Shown piece after piece: positions 7,170-17,194 of a stretch of DNA of 33,786 bases. The notes under the pieces are model-generated. The model was given only the letters and a program-made list of their open reading frames with translations, searched no databases and was not told where the DNA came from. The stretch is taken from positions 1 through 33,786 of the IMG/VR virus record IMGVR_UViG_3300031519_000106; one strand, 5' to 3'. Made by a program: the position numbers and the translations under genes. Every line of letters starts with the position of its first letter. Positions within the stretch are counted from its first letter, which is position 1. The DNA is from a virus. Lineage: Duplodnaviria; Caudoviricetes.

Positions 7170-9296
7170 ATGACCCTGAAGAAGCTCTTGTTAAAACCGG
7201 GTGTTAACCGCGAAAACACTAGATATGCTAGCGAAGGTGGTTGGTATGAGTGCAACAATATTCGGTTTAGACAAGGTACTCCTGAGAAAATAGGTGGGTG
7301 GACACGTGTTTCTAATACTACGTATTTAGGAGTTGCTAGATCACTGTGGAACTGGATAACATTGTCTAGCGAAAACATAATAGGTGTAGGTACGCACTTA
7401 AAGTTTTATTTAGAGAGTGGTGGTGGGTTTAATGATATAACTCCTATACGTTCGGCGACTAGTGCAGGAGATGTTACTTTTAGCACTTCAACGTCTACAC
7501 TAAACGGAGCTGTAACATCTACAACTGCTACTACTTTAACTCTTGCCAGTGCGTCAGGCTTTCCTAGTTCAGGGCGAATACTAGTTGGTACGGAAGTTAT
7601 TGAGTATACAGCTATTACTGGGGATACACTAGTTGGGTGTACTAGGGGCGCAAGTTATCTCTTAGCAGGAGTATCGACTAGCACAACAGCAGCTACGCAT
7701 AATAGTGGTGTAGGAGTAACGTGTTTCACTTTAAAAGTTAATGATGTTGGTCACGGAGCTATACAAAACGATTTTGTAACTTTTAGTGGCGCAAGCTCCC
7801 TTGGGGGTAATATTATTGCTGGAGCATTGAACCAAGAATACCAAGTCTTAAACGTAGAAAGTGCTAACGTATACACGATTACATCTAGGGCTTTTAGTAA
7901 TGAAACTATAACGAACGCTCCAATAACTGAAATAGCTTGTACAACTTCTGATACGGCTAATGGCGGCGGTTCTACTGTAGGCACATACCAAATAAACACC
8001 GGTGCAGCTTCGGCTGTTCCTCTTGTAGGTTGGGGTGCTTCCGCTTGGGGTGCTGGTGCTTGGGGACAAGGTATACCAGACACAGAAAAATTACGTGTTT
8101 GGACACAACAGAACTTTGGTGAAGACTTAATCTTTGGTTTCCGTGGTGGGCCAATATATTATTGGGAAGGTTCTGATGCTATAAATACACGAGCTGATGC
8201 TTTAACAGGGCAGAACGTCCCTGTAATACAGAACTTAGTGCTTGTGTCTGATATTAATAGGTTTGTATTTTGTTTTGGAACTAATAACCTTGGAGAAACT
8301 ACGCAAGACCCTATGTTAATTAGGTGGTCTGATCAAGAAGACGCTACGAACTGGACGCCTACTGCTACGACGCAAGCGGGTAGTCTAAGACTTTCTCGTG
8401 GTACAGAGATTATTGCTGCGTCTCAAGCTCGCCAAGAAGTCTTGGTGTGGACTGATTCTTCTTTGTATTCTTTGCAGTATGTAGGTGCAGAATCTGGAGT
8501 ATGGGGAGCTACCTTAGTTGGGGAGCAAATATCTATAACTTCACAAAACTCTGTAGCATACGCTAACGGTGTTGCTTATTGGATGGGTAAAGATAAGTTT
8601 TACAAATACGATGGGCGCACGCAACCATTGCCATGTGATTTACGTAAACACGTGTTTACTGACTTTAACACAGAACAGTATGCGCAAGTATTTAGTGGTA
8701 GTAACGAAGCGTTTCACGAAGTTTGGTGGTTCTATTGTTCCTCTGATGCTACAGATATAGATAAATATGTAGTGTATAACTACTTAGAAAATATTTGGTA
8801 TTATGGAGACATGGCACGTACTGCTTGGTTAGATTCGGGATTACGTTCGTTCCCATTAGCTACAACATACAACTCTGTACTACTTAACCATGAAGACGGT
8901 ATTGACGATAACGAGACAGACACACCTGTTGCTATTGCTTCGTTTATAACGTCTGCGGAATTTGATCTTGAAGATGGTCATCAGTTTGCACTTGTGTCTA
9001 AAATGATACCAGATGTATCTTTTGAAGGTTCTACAGGAAGCACACCTACGATAAACATGACGTTATTACCATTAAACTCTTCGGGGTCTGGATACAATAG
9101 CCCAGTGTCTGAAAGCGGAGTAAACACCGGTGCAGTAATACGTAGTGCTAGCGTTCCAGTAGATGTGTATACTAGTGAGATATACACACGTGTGCGTGGT
9201 AGGCAAATGTCTATGAAAATTGAATCTTCTACACTTGGAGTTCAATGGCAACTAGGTGCGCCGCGCCTTGACATGCGCCCTGATGGGAGACGCTAA
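7170..9296 (+). CDS. Podovirus tail hub/nozzle protein (P22 gp10 / DNA stabilisation-like beta-propeller) with inserted beta domains
   Basis: ATG at 7170 after GGAG; PGVNRENT..GGWY..NIRF...PEKIGGW N-terminus, IRWSDQED, YWMG...FYKYDG and RVRGRQ...W.LG..R.D..PDGRR C-terminus, typical of podovirus tail proteins. Confidence 0.75.
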   Translation: MTLKKLLLKPGVNRENTRYASEGGWYECNNIRFRQGTPEKIGGWTRVSNTTYLGVARSLWNWITLSSENIIGVGTHLKFYLESGGGFNDITPIRSATSAGDVTFSTSTSTLNGAVTSTTATTLTLASASGFPSSGRILVGTEVIEYTAITGDTLVGCTRGASYLLAGVSTSTTAATHNSGVGVTCFTLKVNDVGHGAIQNDFVTFSGASSLGGNIIAGALNQEYQVLNVESANVYTITSRAFSNETITNAPITEIACTTSDTANGGGSTVGTYQINTGAASAVPLVGWGASAWGAGAWGQGIPDTEKLRVWTQQNFGEDLIFGFRGGPIYYWEGSDAINTRADALTGQNVPVIQNLVLVSDINRFVFCFGTNNLGETTQDPMLIRWSDQEDATNWTPTATTQAGSLRLSRGTEIIAASQARQEVLVWTDSSLYSLQYVGAESGVWGATLVGEQISITSQNSVAYANGVAYWMGKDKFYKYDGRTQPLPCDLRKHVFTDFNTEQYAQVFSGSNEAFHEVWWFYCSSDATDIDKYVVYNYLENIWYYGDMARTAWLDSGLRSFPLATTYNSVLLNHEDGIDDNETDTPVAIASFITSAEFDLEDGHQFALVSKMIPDVSFEGSTGSTPTINMTLLPLNSSGSGYNSPVSESGVNTGAVIRSASVPVDVYTSEIYTRVRGRQMSMKIESSTLGVQWQLGAPRLDMRPDGRR

Positions 9297-9484
9297 TGGC
9301 TACTAATAAACATACTATAGAGTTTCGCGCTCCTGCCCTGCCATATCCTCCAGAAGAGTATAACGCGTTTCAATTTGAAGAGTTTAATAAAGTGCTTCGG
9401 CTATATTTTAACCAAATAGATAACGCTTTACGAGATAAGTCTCTTGCACGACAGTCTGAAGCTATGGGGTGGTTTATAAGCTAA
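9296..9484 (+). CDS. Small putative tail-associated protein
   Basis: 62 aa, APALPYPPEEY...NKVLRLYFNQID motif; TAATG coupling on both sides. Confidence 0.65.
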   Translation: MATNKHTIEFRAPALPYPPEEYNAFQFEEFNKVLRLYFNQIDNALRDKSLARQSEAMGWFIS

Positions 9485-9804
9485 TGGCAAATATATACAC
9501 AAATGCAAAGGTTGACCTTACAACTACAAACATAACAACTTTGTATACCTGTGCAGCTTTAACAACTGGAATAGTAAAGTCTATATTAGTGTCAGAAGAT
9601 AGTGGAAACGCAGATACTATAACTGTTACTTTGACAGCAGGTGCAGCGGTACACAGCCTATTTAAAACAAAATCAATAGGAGCTAACGCTACTGTAGAGT
9701 TGTTAACAGCTCCTTTAGTTGTACAAACAGGTGAAATATTAAAAGTCACTGCGGCTACAGCTAACAGGCTACACGTAACAGCAAGTATATTAGAGGTCAC
9801 ATAA
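9484..9804 (+). CDS. Small beta-sandwich virion structural protein (putative)
   Basis: ATG at 9484 (TAATG overlap); Thr-rich all-beta sequence ending LHVTASILEVT. Confidence 0.7.
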   Translation: MANIYTNAKVDLTTTNITTLYTCAALTTGIVKSILVSEDSGNADTITVTLTAGAAVHSLFKTKSIGANATVELLTAPLVVQTGEILKVTAATANRLHVTASILEVT

Positions 9805-10271
9805 TGGAAAGCGTAGTCGATAGTAAACAAGAACCGCTATCTGGGCCAGCAATAATAGCTATGGCCGCAGAACAACTTGATCTTGGCGGTGTGCCTATAC
9901 CTGCAGCGATTGCATCTGTAGCAGAAGAGTTACACAGTAAAGATGTTGACGCTACACAAGTGGGTAACACTGTGTTTATTGCTCATAGAGGTAAGGGCGA
10001 AAACAAAAACAAGATGGTAGGGCGTTCATTCAATGTTGATACAGCTCAGAATTTTGTAAACAACTATGTAAAGTATTTATCCGTCTTACGTAACAAAGGT
10101 GTAACACATTACTCTGTGGACTTTGATGGTCAAGAACTTTTGCCTGTAGCGAAAGCTGTAGGTAAGCGTATACGTGGTACAGGCATGAAAGCTATGATGG
10201 CGGAATTTGAAGACAATAGTGGGTATCGTATATTTTTTAAACTAAATTCAACTAAAGATAAAGGTAAGTAA
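9804..10271 (+). CDS. Hypothetical protein preceding ejection proteins (possibly degenerate GNAT fold)
   Basis: 155 aa alpha/beta, GAGG SD; occupies the slot where many podoviruses carry a GNAT-like gene; fold not verified. Confidence 0.6.
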   Translation: MESVVDSKQEPLSGPAIIAMAAEQLDLGGVPIPAAIASVAEELHSKDVDATQVGNTVFIAHRGKGENKNKMVGRSFNVDTAQNFVNNYVKYLSVLRNKGVTHYSVDFDGQELLPVAKAVGKRIRGTGMKAMMAEFEDNSGYRIFFKLNSTKDKGK

Positions 10272-10272
10272 T

Positions 10273-13200
10273 ATGAGTTTTGTTATTAGGCCAGTCAAAA
10301 AAGTTGTAAAGAAAGCTGTAGATATAGTTGAAGACGTTGTTGATGATGTTGTTGACGTAATAGAAGATGCTGCCGATTGGGTTGTAGATGAAATTGTTGA
10401 TCCTATTGTGGATATGGGTCAGGATATAATTAAATACGCTAGCGATAATCCTTTGGAAACGTTAGCTAAAATGGCGGCGTATGCTACCGGCCAAGTATGG
10501 ATGATACCCTTAATAGACGGAGCTGCAGTAGCAGCAAAAGGCGGAGACCTTGGAGACATAGTTAAAGCCGCTGCAATATCTTACGCAGGTGCTAAAGTAG
10601 GTGGTACAGTATCTAAGTTTGTTGACCCTTCAATAGCTAACGCAGGATTTAATTCAACAGTATCTGCAGCTATATCTGGTGGTACTAAATCTGCTGCCAC
10701 TGCTCTGGTGTATGGACAAGACCCATTAAAAGCCTTTGTTACTGGAGGTGTTAATGCCGGTGTAGGTGCATTCTTAGGTGAGATAGATACAAAACTAAGC
10801 AATACAATAGAAGGTAACTTAGATGCTAGTGGCAACCCTATTGTGTCTGGGTGGGAAAATCTACAAGATGGCGTTAAAGATAGCATAACCACATCATTAT
10901 CTGCTGAATTAGCGGGAGGTAATATATCTGCAAATAGTATAAGTAGTATAGTCGCTAAATATACTGGCGTAGCAGATACTATGACTAACTTTTTAGCTGA
11001 AAACACGTTACTAGATGCAACTCAAGCTATGCAAATAACCTCTGCGTTAACGAGTGCAGCTACAACTGCTTTAGCTGGAAACCCAGAAATGTCTGGTGAA
11101 GCGTTTTTCAACAAATTTAACGAATACGGTATGGAAGAACTAAAAGCTATGGCTGATAAGCCTGTTAATAAAGCTATAGATAGCGTGACAGGTGCATCTG
11201 AGAAAACGCAAAAGGCCGCCACTGTTTTGAACGAAGCTATGTCTGGTGCGGCAAACGCTGCCGAAGGGTTTAATGGGGTACGAGAAGAACTTAACGGCAA
11301 GATTCAAGAACAAGAACGGCTTAAAACCGTATACAATAATGCAGTAGACGCTCACAACGCCAACCCTTCAGATACTACAGCTAACGCCGCAAACGCAGCT
11401 TCTGCAACATATAATGAGTACGTTAATACATTAAACAAAGATTACAATGACACCTATAAACCACAAATGGACGCGTACCAAAAAGAGTACAATAAGTGGA
11501 GTCCACAGATTGCAGACTTAGAAACTGAGTATGCAGACCAGTCTCAGTATTTAATGCAAGACATTGATACTCTAAACGCAGATATGAAACCTGTGTATGC
11601 CGGTGTAACCAAAGCCGCAGCTTTAGCACTACGCCCGGGAATTGACGAAGTTTCCTATAGAGAACTAAACAACCTTGAAGTTGGTGATGATATATACGCG
11701 CACTATTTGGCAAACCAAAAAGAAGTAGACAATGTTATAGCCACGAGTGCAGTCACAGAATACAACAATAGGTATAAAGAAGGAGCTATAACAGTAACGG
11801 AATTACCTCCGGCAGCTAGGTTTAAAGGTGATAGAGACCCTACTATCCCTTACGTTGGTCGTGGTGGAGACCCTGCTAATTACGGGTTAACAGAAAAAGA
11901 TATAAAAAAATACAAATTAAAAACTGGAGCTAAAGACGCTTGGTACAATCTTGTGCAAGGTACACAAGAGATGGCAGGTTACACTGTTGGAGGGTTTGGT
12001 CGTTTTGTAGATGAGTTGACTGAAAGTATAGTAGATTCTTTTGGTGTAAACTTATCAGAAGCTAACGACATTGCTTATCAACAGTACGCTATCTATTACG
12101 ACCCCAACCTAACTAGCGAAGAAAAAAATCAAGCAATGGCTAAAAGCATGGAAAACTATGCTACTGCTGTAGACAAAGCTTACGCAGAAGACGGTGCAGA
12201 TATAACATTTGCACGAGATACTTTTACCGACCCTATGATGAACACGCTTTTAGCGGCAAGTGATGCAACAAGCGAAAAAATATCTCCAGAGATGCAAGTT
12301 AGACAGTATAACGCTTTACCTGCACCAGATACTACATGGGAACAACTTATATCAGGTAAAGCAAAAGACCGTTTAGGTCGTCCGTATGGGTCTGATCCTG
12401 TAGCTACGCTTATGTCTGGAGTGCAAGAATTACCTGATTTTGCCGTAGATTTAGCTTTACTTGCGCTTACAAAAAATCCTAAGTTCGCGACTAGCCTAGT
12501 AATGAGTTCTAGTAGTGCAGAATCGTTTGAGGCAAACCAACAAGAAATTGAGGGTATGTTAGATAATGCGTTTGATTTCGGTCAGCTCCAAGAAACTCCA
12601 GAGTTTGCTAATTTAGTACGAGTGTACGGCGGCGACGAAGAAGCTGCATTAGAAAAGCTTAAAGATAAAAGCCAAGTTTATTCTGCACAAGCAGGGCTTG
12701 TCGGTGGTTTTGGCGATTTAATTTTAGCAAAAGTAGCCGGAGCCAGTGGAGGGGCTAGCACGTTAGCTACAGTCCCTACGTACCTTAAACCTATTATAAA
12801 AACAGGTACTGGTGGTCTTTCTGAAGGTATTACTGAAGCCGGTGAACAAGGACTTGTAAACGAAGCTGTTATAGAAGCAAACCTTGCAGACAATGTAACT
12901 ACTACTGGCGCTTCAGCTTTCCTACAAGGGTTTACTACAGGGGCGCAAAGCACCGCTACCTTTGAAGCAGTGTCTAAAGCCGTAAACATTGTGCGTTCCT
13001 ACACTACGTTCGATGAAACTGATGAGTCGCGTGCTATAGCGACAGCCGTGGCGTTGGAAGCCTATAAACAACGTGCTACTGTAATAGACACTCTCACAGA
13101 ATATGGAGCATTTGAGGGTGCAAATAATGCTATAGAAGTTCAAGAACGGCTAGCTATACTCGGGCTAGATAGCAAAATTGCGGTAGAAGAAATTGTTAAC

Positions 13201-15597
13201 GATATGTTTAACAACGAAGTCGTCACACGTGCAGAAGTAGAGGCCGCTGTAACTGCCGCAGAGCCAGAGTTTAATTTTACAGGTGATGTAGCTGAAAGTA
13301 TTTATGAACAGTTTTCTGGAGTTAGAGCTGATTCTAATTTAGCTACAGAAGTAGCAGGGTATGTAGACCCGTTATACACTACCTACGAAGAAGCCAAAGC
13401 CATAGCCTTAGCTGAAGGTGTTACATTAACTGATGAACAGGCTAGAAACAATACTGGTAGAGATGAAGACGCTGTACGGGATGAAATAGACCGCAACAAT
13501 ACTTCTCGTGAAGAAGCAGAACAATTTTTTATCGATTTTGGTTACACACCTACTGAAGCCGAATTGCAACAATATACAGGCGCAATTCCAGAAACAGAAC
13601 AACAAACAATAATTGGCGAGTACGTAGACCCCAGACAAACAACAGATGCTGAAGTTAGACAGTTCTTTGATGATCAAGGGTATAACCCAACCGACGAAGA
13701 AGTAGCCGCTATGGTAGGGCAGGGTGATGTAACCTTTGAAACTGACACAGAAACAAACGTATCTCCTTACGTAGACCCCAGACAAACAACAGAAACAGAA
13801 GCTAGGCAGTTTTTTGCTGACCAAGGATACACTCCAACAGATGCTGAAGTTGCTGCTAGGGTGGGTCAAGGCAACGAAGATTTTCAAACTACTACAGAGA
13901 CAGACACAGGTGAGTATGTAGACCCACGACAAGTAACTGAAGGGGAAGCTAGACAGTTTTTTGTAGATACTGGGTACACTCCAACAGATGAGGAAGTAGC
14001 TCAATTCGTGGCGCAAGCGGAAGAAAGCGCACAACAAACCGCCATAGGTGAGTATGTAGACCCACGTTTTGTGAATATAGATGAAGTCCGTGCGGTAGCG
14101 GAAGAAGAAGGGCTTACTTTTGCGGAAGCTATGGCTGACACGTACATAGGACAGAAAGACGAAGCTTCTACGTTAGCAGAAGCCCGTGCAGAATATGACC
14201 CTTTAGCAACTACACAAGAAGAAGCGGCGGCTTTTTTTGAAAGCACAGGGTATACTGCAGATGCACAAGAGATAGCAGACTTTGTAGCTTCTAAATCTGA
14301 AACTGTTCAAGAAAGTGCTATAGGCGCTTATGTAAACCCAAGACAAATGACCGAAACAGAAGTTAGAAGTTTCTTAGAAGATATAGGGTACAACGCAACA
14401 GATGAAGAAGTTCAACAGTTTATTGGGCAGGTAAACGATGACTCTTACGAAACAACGCAAGAAAGTGTTATAAGAGATTACACAGACCCGTTGTACACTG
14501 ACTCCGCAGAGGTTCGTGCGGCCTATGAAGAGCTTGGACTTGTAGACGTAACACAAGAAGACGTAGATCGTTTTGTTGGACAATACACTGAAGAAGATCA
14601 ATTAGCGGCTGTAAAAGAATACATACCTACTGCTACTTTTAATAGTATAAAAAGTGTTTTGGGTTCACCCGCAACAGAAGATGATCCCAATACAACAGAC
14701 ATTAACGAAGCTAAGGACGCTACAGGAATATACAAACTTGTAGATGATGCTGAAGCTAATGGCGCTACACGTGACGAAGCTTTACAAGATGCTATTGATA
14801 GGATTGGTAGCGACTTAGACATTACAGAAGAGCAACTACTAACAGAAATTGGCGTTACAAAAAACGAACTTAGTAATGATATTAATGCTGTAGCTAGTGA
14901 CGTAGCTGGACTTACTGGAGATGTAGCTGGACTTGGTGATGATATATCTAACCTTGAAGGTAACTTAGCTGCTTTAGGTGTTGATGTAGACACTGTGGCA
15001 GACCTTATTGGTAAACCTGCACGTGAAGTTACCGAAACTGATGTAGACTTTGTTATAGACCTAATAGCACAAGAAAACGTTAGTGCTGAGTTAACCGCGC
15101 AGTACGACGTTACCGGAGATGGTATCGTTGACATAAACGACCAAAATATGTTAATGGATAACTTACAGGGTAACGATGTTGCCTTTGCGGATACGTCTAT
15201 GTTTAACCCTGCAACAGGGCTGTACTTGCAACAAGAGCAAGATACACAAGCTACTATGGATGCTATCACTGATTTAAATAGTACAATCACTACTAATATA
15301 AACACTCAAGAACGGCGTAGAGAAATAGCAGAAGCTAAGGATATATTAAATCAAATGAGTGCTATGCAGCAAGTAAGTGTAAAAACACCAGACACTATGA
15401 ATATTGATTATTTGTATGATTTTAACAGTATTTTTGCTAACCCTAGTCAAGAAGCTTTGTTTGGAAGCCCGTATGGAGCTAATAGACAACCTGCTAACAC
15501 TCCAATGCAACCATTAAACCGTGCAAGTGGTTTTGCAGAGGGTGGACAAGTAGAGGATGAAAATGATATGTTACTAAGAATACTAGGAGATATGTAA
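10273..15597 (+). CDS. Very large acidic internal virion/ejection-type protein with tandem ~48-aa repeats
   Basis: 1774 aa; Gly/Ala-rich N-terminal helices, coiled coil, YVDP repeats, DVTGDGIVDIND loop, terminal FAEGG motif; lies between tail and other ejection genes. Confidence 0.72.
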   Translation: MSFVIRPVKKVVKKAVDIVEDVVDDVVDVIEDAADWVVDEIVDPIVDMGQDIIKYASDNPLETLAKMAAYATGQVWMIPLIDGAAVAAKGGDLGDIVKAAAISYAGAKVGGTVSKFVDPSIANAGFNSTVSAAISGGTKSAATALVYGQDPLKAFVTGGVNAGVGAFLGEIDTKLSNTIEGNLDASGNPIVSGWENLQDGVKDSITTSLSAELAGGNISANSISSIVAKYTGVADTMTNFLAENTLLDATQAMQITSALTSAATTALAGNPEMSGEAFFNKFNEYGMEELKAMADKPVNKAIDSVTGASEKTQKAATVLNEAMSGAANAAEGFNGVREELNGKIQEQERLKTVYNNAVDAHNANPSDTTANAANAASATYNEYVNTLNKDYNDTYKPQMDAYQKEYNKWSPQIADLETEYADQSQYLMQDIDTLNADMKPVYAGVTKAAALALRPGIDEVSYRELNNLEVGDDIYAHYLANQKEVDNVIATSAVTEYNNRYKEGAITVTELPPAARFKGDRDPTIPYVGRGGDPANYGLTEKDIKKYKLKTGAKDAWYNLVQGTQEMAGYTVGGFGRFVDELTESIVDSFGVNLSEANDIAYQQYAIYYDPNLTSEEKNQAMAKSMENYATAVDKAYAEDGADITFARDTFTDPMMNTLLAASDATSEKISPEMQVRQYNALPAPDTTWEQLISGKAKDRLGRPYGSDPVATLMSGVQELPDFAVDLALLALTKNPKFATSLVMSSSSAESFEANQQEIEGMLDNAFDFGQLQETPEFANLVRVYGGDEEAALEKLKDKSQVYSAQAGLVGGFGDLILAKVAGASGGASTLATVPTYLKPIIKTGTGGLSEGITEAGEQGLVNEAVIEANLADNVTTTGASAFLQGFTTGAQSTATFEAVSKAVNIVRSYTTFDETDESRAIATAVALEAYKQRATVIDTLTEYGAFEGANNAIEVQERLAILGLDSKIAVEEIVNDMFNNEVVTRAEVEAAVTAAEPEFNFTGDVAESIYEQFSGVRADSNLATEVAGYVDPLYTTYEEAKAIALAEGVTLTDEQARNNTGRDEDAVRDEIDRNNTSREEAEQFFIDFGYTPTEAELQQYTGAIPETEQQTIIGEYVDPRQTTDAEVRQFFDDQGYNPTDEEVAAMVGQGDVTFETDTETNVSPYVDPRQTTETEARQFFADQGYTPTDAEVAARVGQGNEDFQTTTETDTGEYVDPRQVTEGEARQFFVDTGYTPTDEEVAQFVAQAEESAQQTAIGEYVDPRFVNIDEVRAVAEEEGLTFAEAMADTYIGQKDEASTLAEARAEYDPLATTQEEAAAFFESTGYTADAQEIADFVASKSETVQESAIGAYVNPRQMTETEVRSFLEDIGYNATDEEVQQFIGQVNDDSYETTQESVIRDYTDPLYTDSAEVRAAYEELGLVDVTQEDVDRFVGQYTEEDQLAAVKEYIPTATFNSIKSVLGSPATEDDPNTTDINEAKDATGIYKLVDDAEANGATRDEALQDAIDRIGSDLDITEEQLLTEIGVTKNELSNDINAVASDVAGLTGDVAGLGDDISNLEGNLAALGVDVDTVADLIGKPAREVTETDVDFVIDLIAQENVSAELTAQYDVTGDGIVDINDQNMLMDNLQGNDVAFADTSMFNPATGLYLQQEQDTQATMDAITDLNSTITTNINTQERRREIAEAKDILNQMSAMQQVSVKTPDTMNIDYLYDFNSIFANPSQEALFGSPYGANRQPANTPMQPLNRASGFAEGGQVEDENDMLLRILGDM
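13357..14620 (+). repeat. About 9 coding tandem repeats of 138-150 nt (YVDPRQxTxxExRQFFxDxGYxPTDxEV)
   Basis: tacgtagaccccagacaaacaacaga at 13621 and 13768; ggtgagtatgtagacccacg at 13909 and 14047; the protein repeats align by eye. Confidence 0.9.
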
Positions 15598-16331
15598 TGG
15601 GACTAAGTGATTTCTTGAGTGACGGTTGGAATGCGTTCACAGGTAGTTTTACCACTACAAATAGTAGCGGGCAGTCTGCTACTGATTGGGGACAAATTGC
15701 ATCTTTGGCAGGGATGGCAGGGAGTGCTGCCGGTTTGTTTGGGGGTAACACTACTCCTCCAACAGGGTATCAAGGCACTGTTCCCGAATACCAAGTAAAT
15801 AGACAAAGAGTTCCTAATACTTACGATCCTAATAGACGTGCAGGTAGTGGAGGACAACGTTACTTTACTGACACACAATATGTTCCAAAAGCAAATACAG
15901 CTACCGCAACTCCTATGTCTGCAGAAGGGCTAGCTGCTTTAAATGCGTCTAACCCTGCACAACAAATGCGTAGACCCGGAGGGGCAATGATGCCTACAGG
16001 GATTGCTGCAACTCCTGTTCCAGCGGTAGAGCCACAGCCACAGATGTTAGCAATGGGGGGTATTGCAGAATTAAAAAAAGGTAAATACTTAGACGGCGCT
16101 AGTGATGGTATGGCGGATAAAGTACCTGCACGGATAGATAACCAACAAGAAGCTAGGTTAAGCGACGGCGAGTTTGTTATTCCTGCAGATGTAGTAAGTC
16201 ATTTAGGTAATGGTAACTCAGACGCAGGTGCTAAGTTCTTGAGTGATATGATGGCCAAGGTTCGCAAAGCGCGTACAGGCAATGATAAACAGGGTAAACA
16301 GATAGACCCTAACAAATTCTTAAAGGTGTGA
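15597..16331 (+). CDS. Internal virion protein with AxGG...D.VPA.LSDGEFVIPA domain
   Basis: AGGAG SD; C-terminal DGMADKVPA...ARLSDGEFVIPADVVSHLGNG motif, similar to the C-terminal motif of many tape-measure/ejection proteins. Confidence 0.7.
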   Translation: MGLSDFLSDGWNAFTGSFTTTNSSGQSATDWGQIASLAGMAGSAAGLFGGNTTPPTGYQGTVPEYQVNRQRVPNTYDPNRRAGSGGQRYFTDTQYVPKANTATATPMSAEGLAALNASNPAQQMRRPGGAMMPTGIAATPVPAVEPQPQMLAMGGIAELKKGKYLDGASDGMADKVPARIDNQQEARLSDGEFVIPADVVSHLGNGNSDAGAKFLSDMMAKVRKARTGNDKQGKQIDPNKFLKV

Positions 16332-16339
16332 GGTAAGGT

Positions 16340-17194
16340 ATGGTTGGTGAAACTGGACAGAGTAATACAACTGCAGGAATAAACCCTGAAGTTACAGGTA
16401 AAGAATCTTCACTATCTAACTGGGCAGGTGATTATGTTACCGACATGCTTGGTAAAGGTCAGGCGCTTGGTAACGAAGGCTATAATGCTTATATGGGGCC
16501 GTTAACTGCGGGGACATCTGATTTACAAAATCAAGCTTTTGCAGGTATTGCAAACCTTACTGTACCACAAGACCAAATGGGTGTAGGTGGTTACAATACA
16601 CAACAATTTACAGGGGACGTTGCACAACAGTATATGAACCCGTATTTACAAGCTTCATTAAATCCACAACTAGAAGAAGCGCGTAGGCAATCACAGATTA
16701 GCCAAATGAATAATGCAAGTCGTATGAACAAAGCAGGGTCATTTGGTGGTTCTCGTCAAGCTGTGTTTGATGCAGAAAATCAAGCTGCGTTACAAAGAAA
16801 CATGGCGGGTATAACAGGTCAAGGGTACGCTGATGCGTATTCTCAAGCGTTAGGTCAATTCAACACCGAACAAGATCGTGGTATGAGCGCACAAGATAGA
16901 ATAAACGAATACGGAACTATGGGGTTAGCGGCACTAAACGAAGCGGGAGCTGTACAACGTGGTATAGAAGGCGAAGGTATAGCCGCAGATAAAAGACAGT
17001 TTGAAGAAGAACGAGATTTTCCATACAAACAAGTGCAATACATGCAGTCTTTGCTACAAGATTTACCCATTAGTGCGCAAGCATACAATTATCAACAGCC
17101 GAGTTACTTAAACCAGATTGCTAGTGATGCAGGAGACTTTGAATCCTTTATGTCAGGTTTGTTTGGTAGCGGTTTTAGTGGAGAAACTTCATAA
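16340..17194 (+). CDS. DNA ejection/pilot-type internal virion protein
   Basis: Gln/Gly-rich helical protein with YMNPY and AGSFGGSRQAV motifs characteristic of podovirus DNA-transfer proteins. Confidence 0.72.
   Translation: MVGETGQSNTTAGINPEVTGKESSLSNWAGDYVTDMLGKGQALGNEGYNAYMGPLTAGTSDLQNQAFAGIANLTVPQDQMGVGGYNTQQFTGDVAQQYMNPYLQASLNPQLEEARRQSQISQMNNASRMNKAGSFGGSRQAVFDAENQAALQRNMAGITGQGYADAYSQALGQFNTEQDRGMSAQDRINEYGTMGLAALNEAGAVQRGIEGEGIAADKRQFEEERDFPYKQVQYMQSLLQDLPISAQAYNYQQPSYLNQIASDAGDFESFMSGLFGSGFSGETS

Noticed and set aside
13357-14620. Repeat array as a possible CRISPR array or DGR template/variable repeat
   Set aside because: Repeats are in-frame, degenerate at synonymous sites and lack unique spacers; there is no adenine-specific pattern and no reverse transcriptase in the window.
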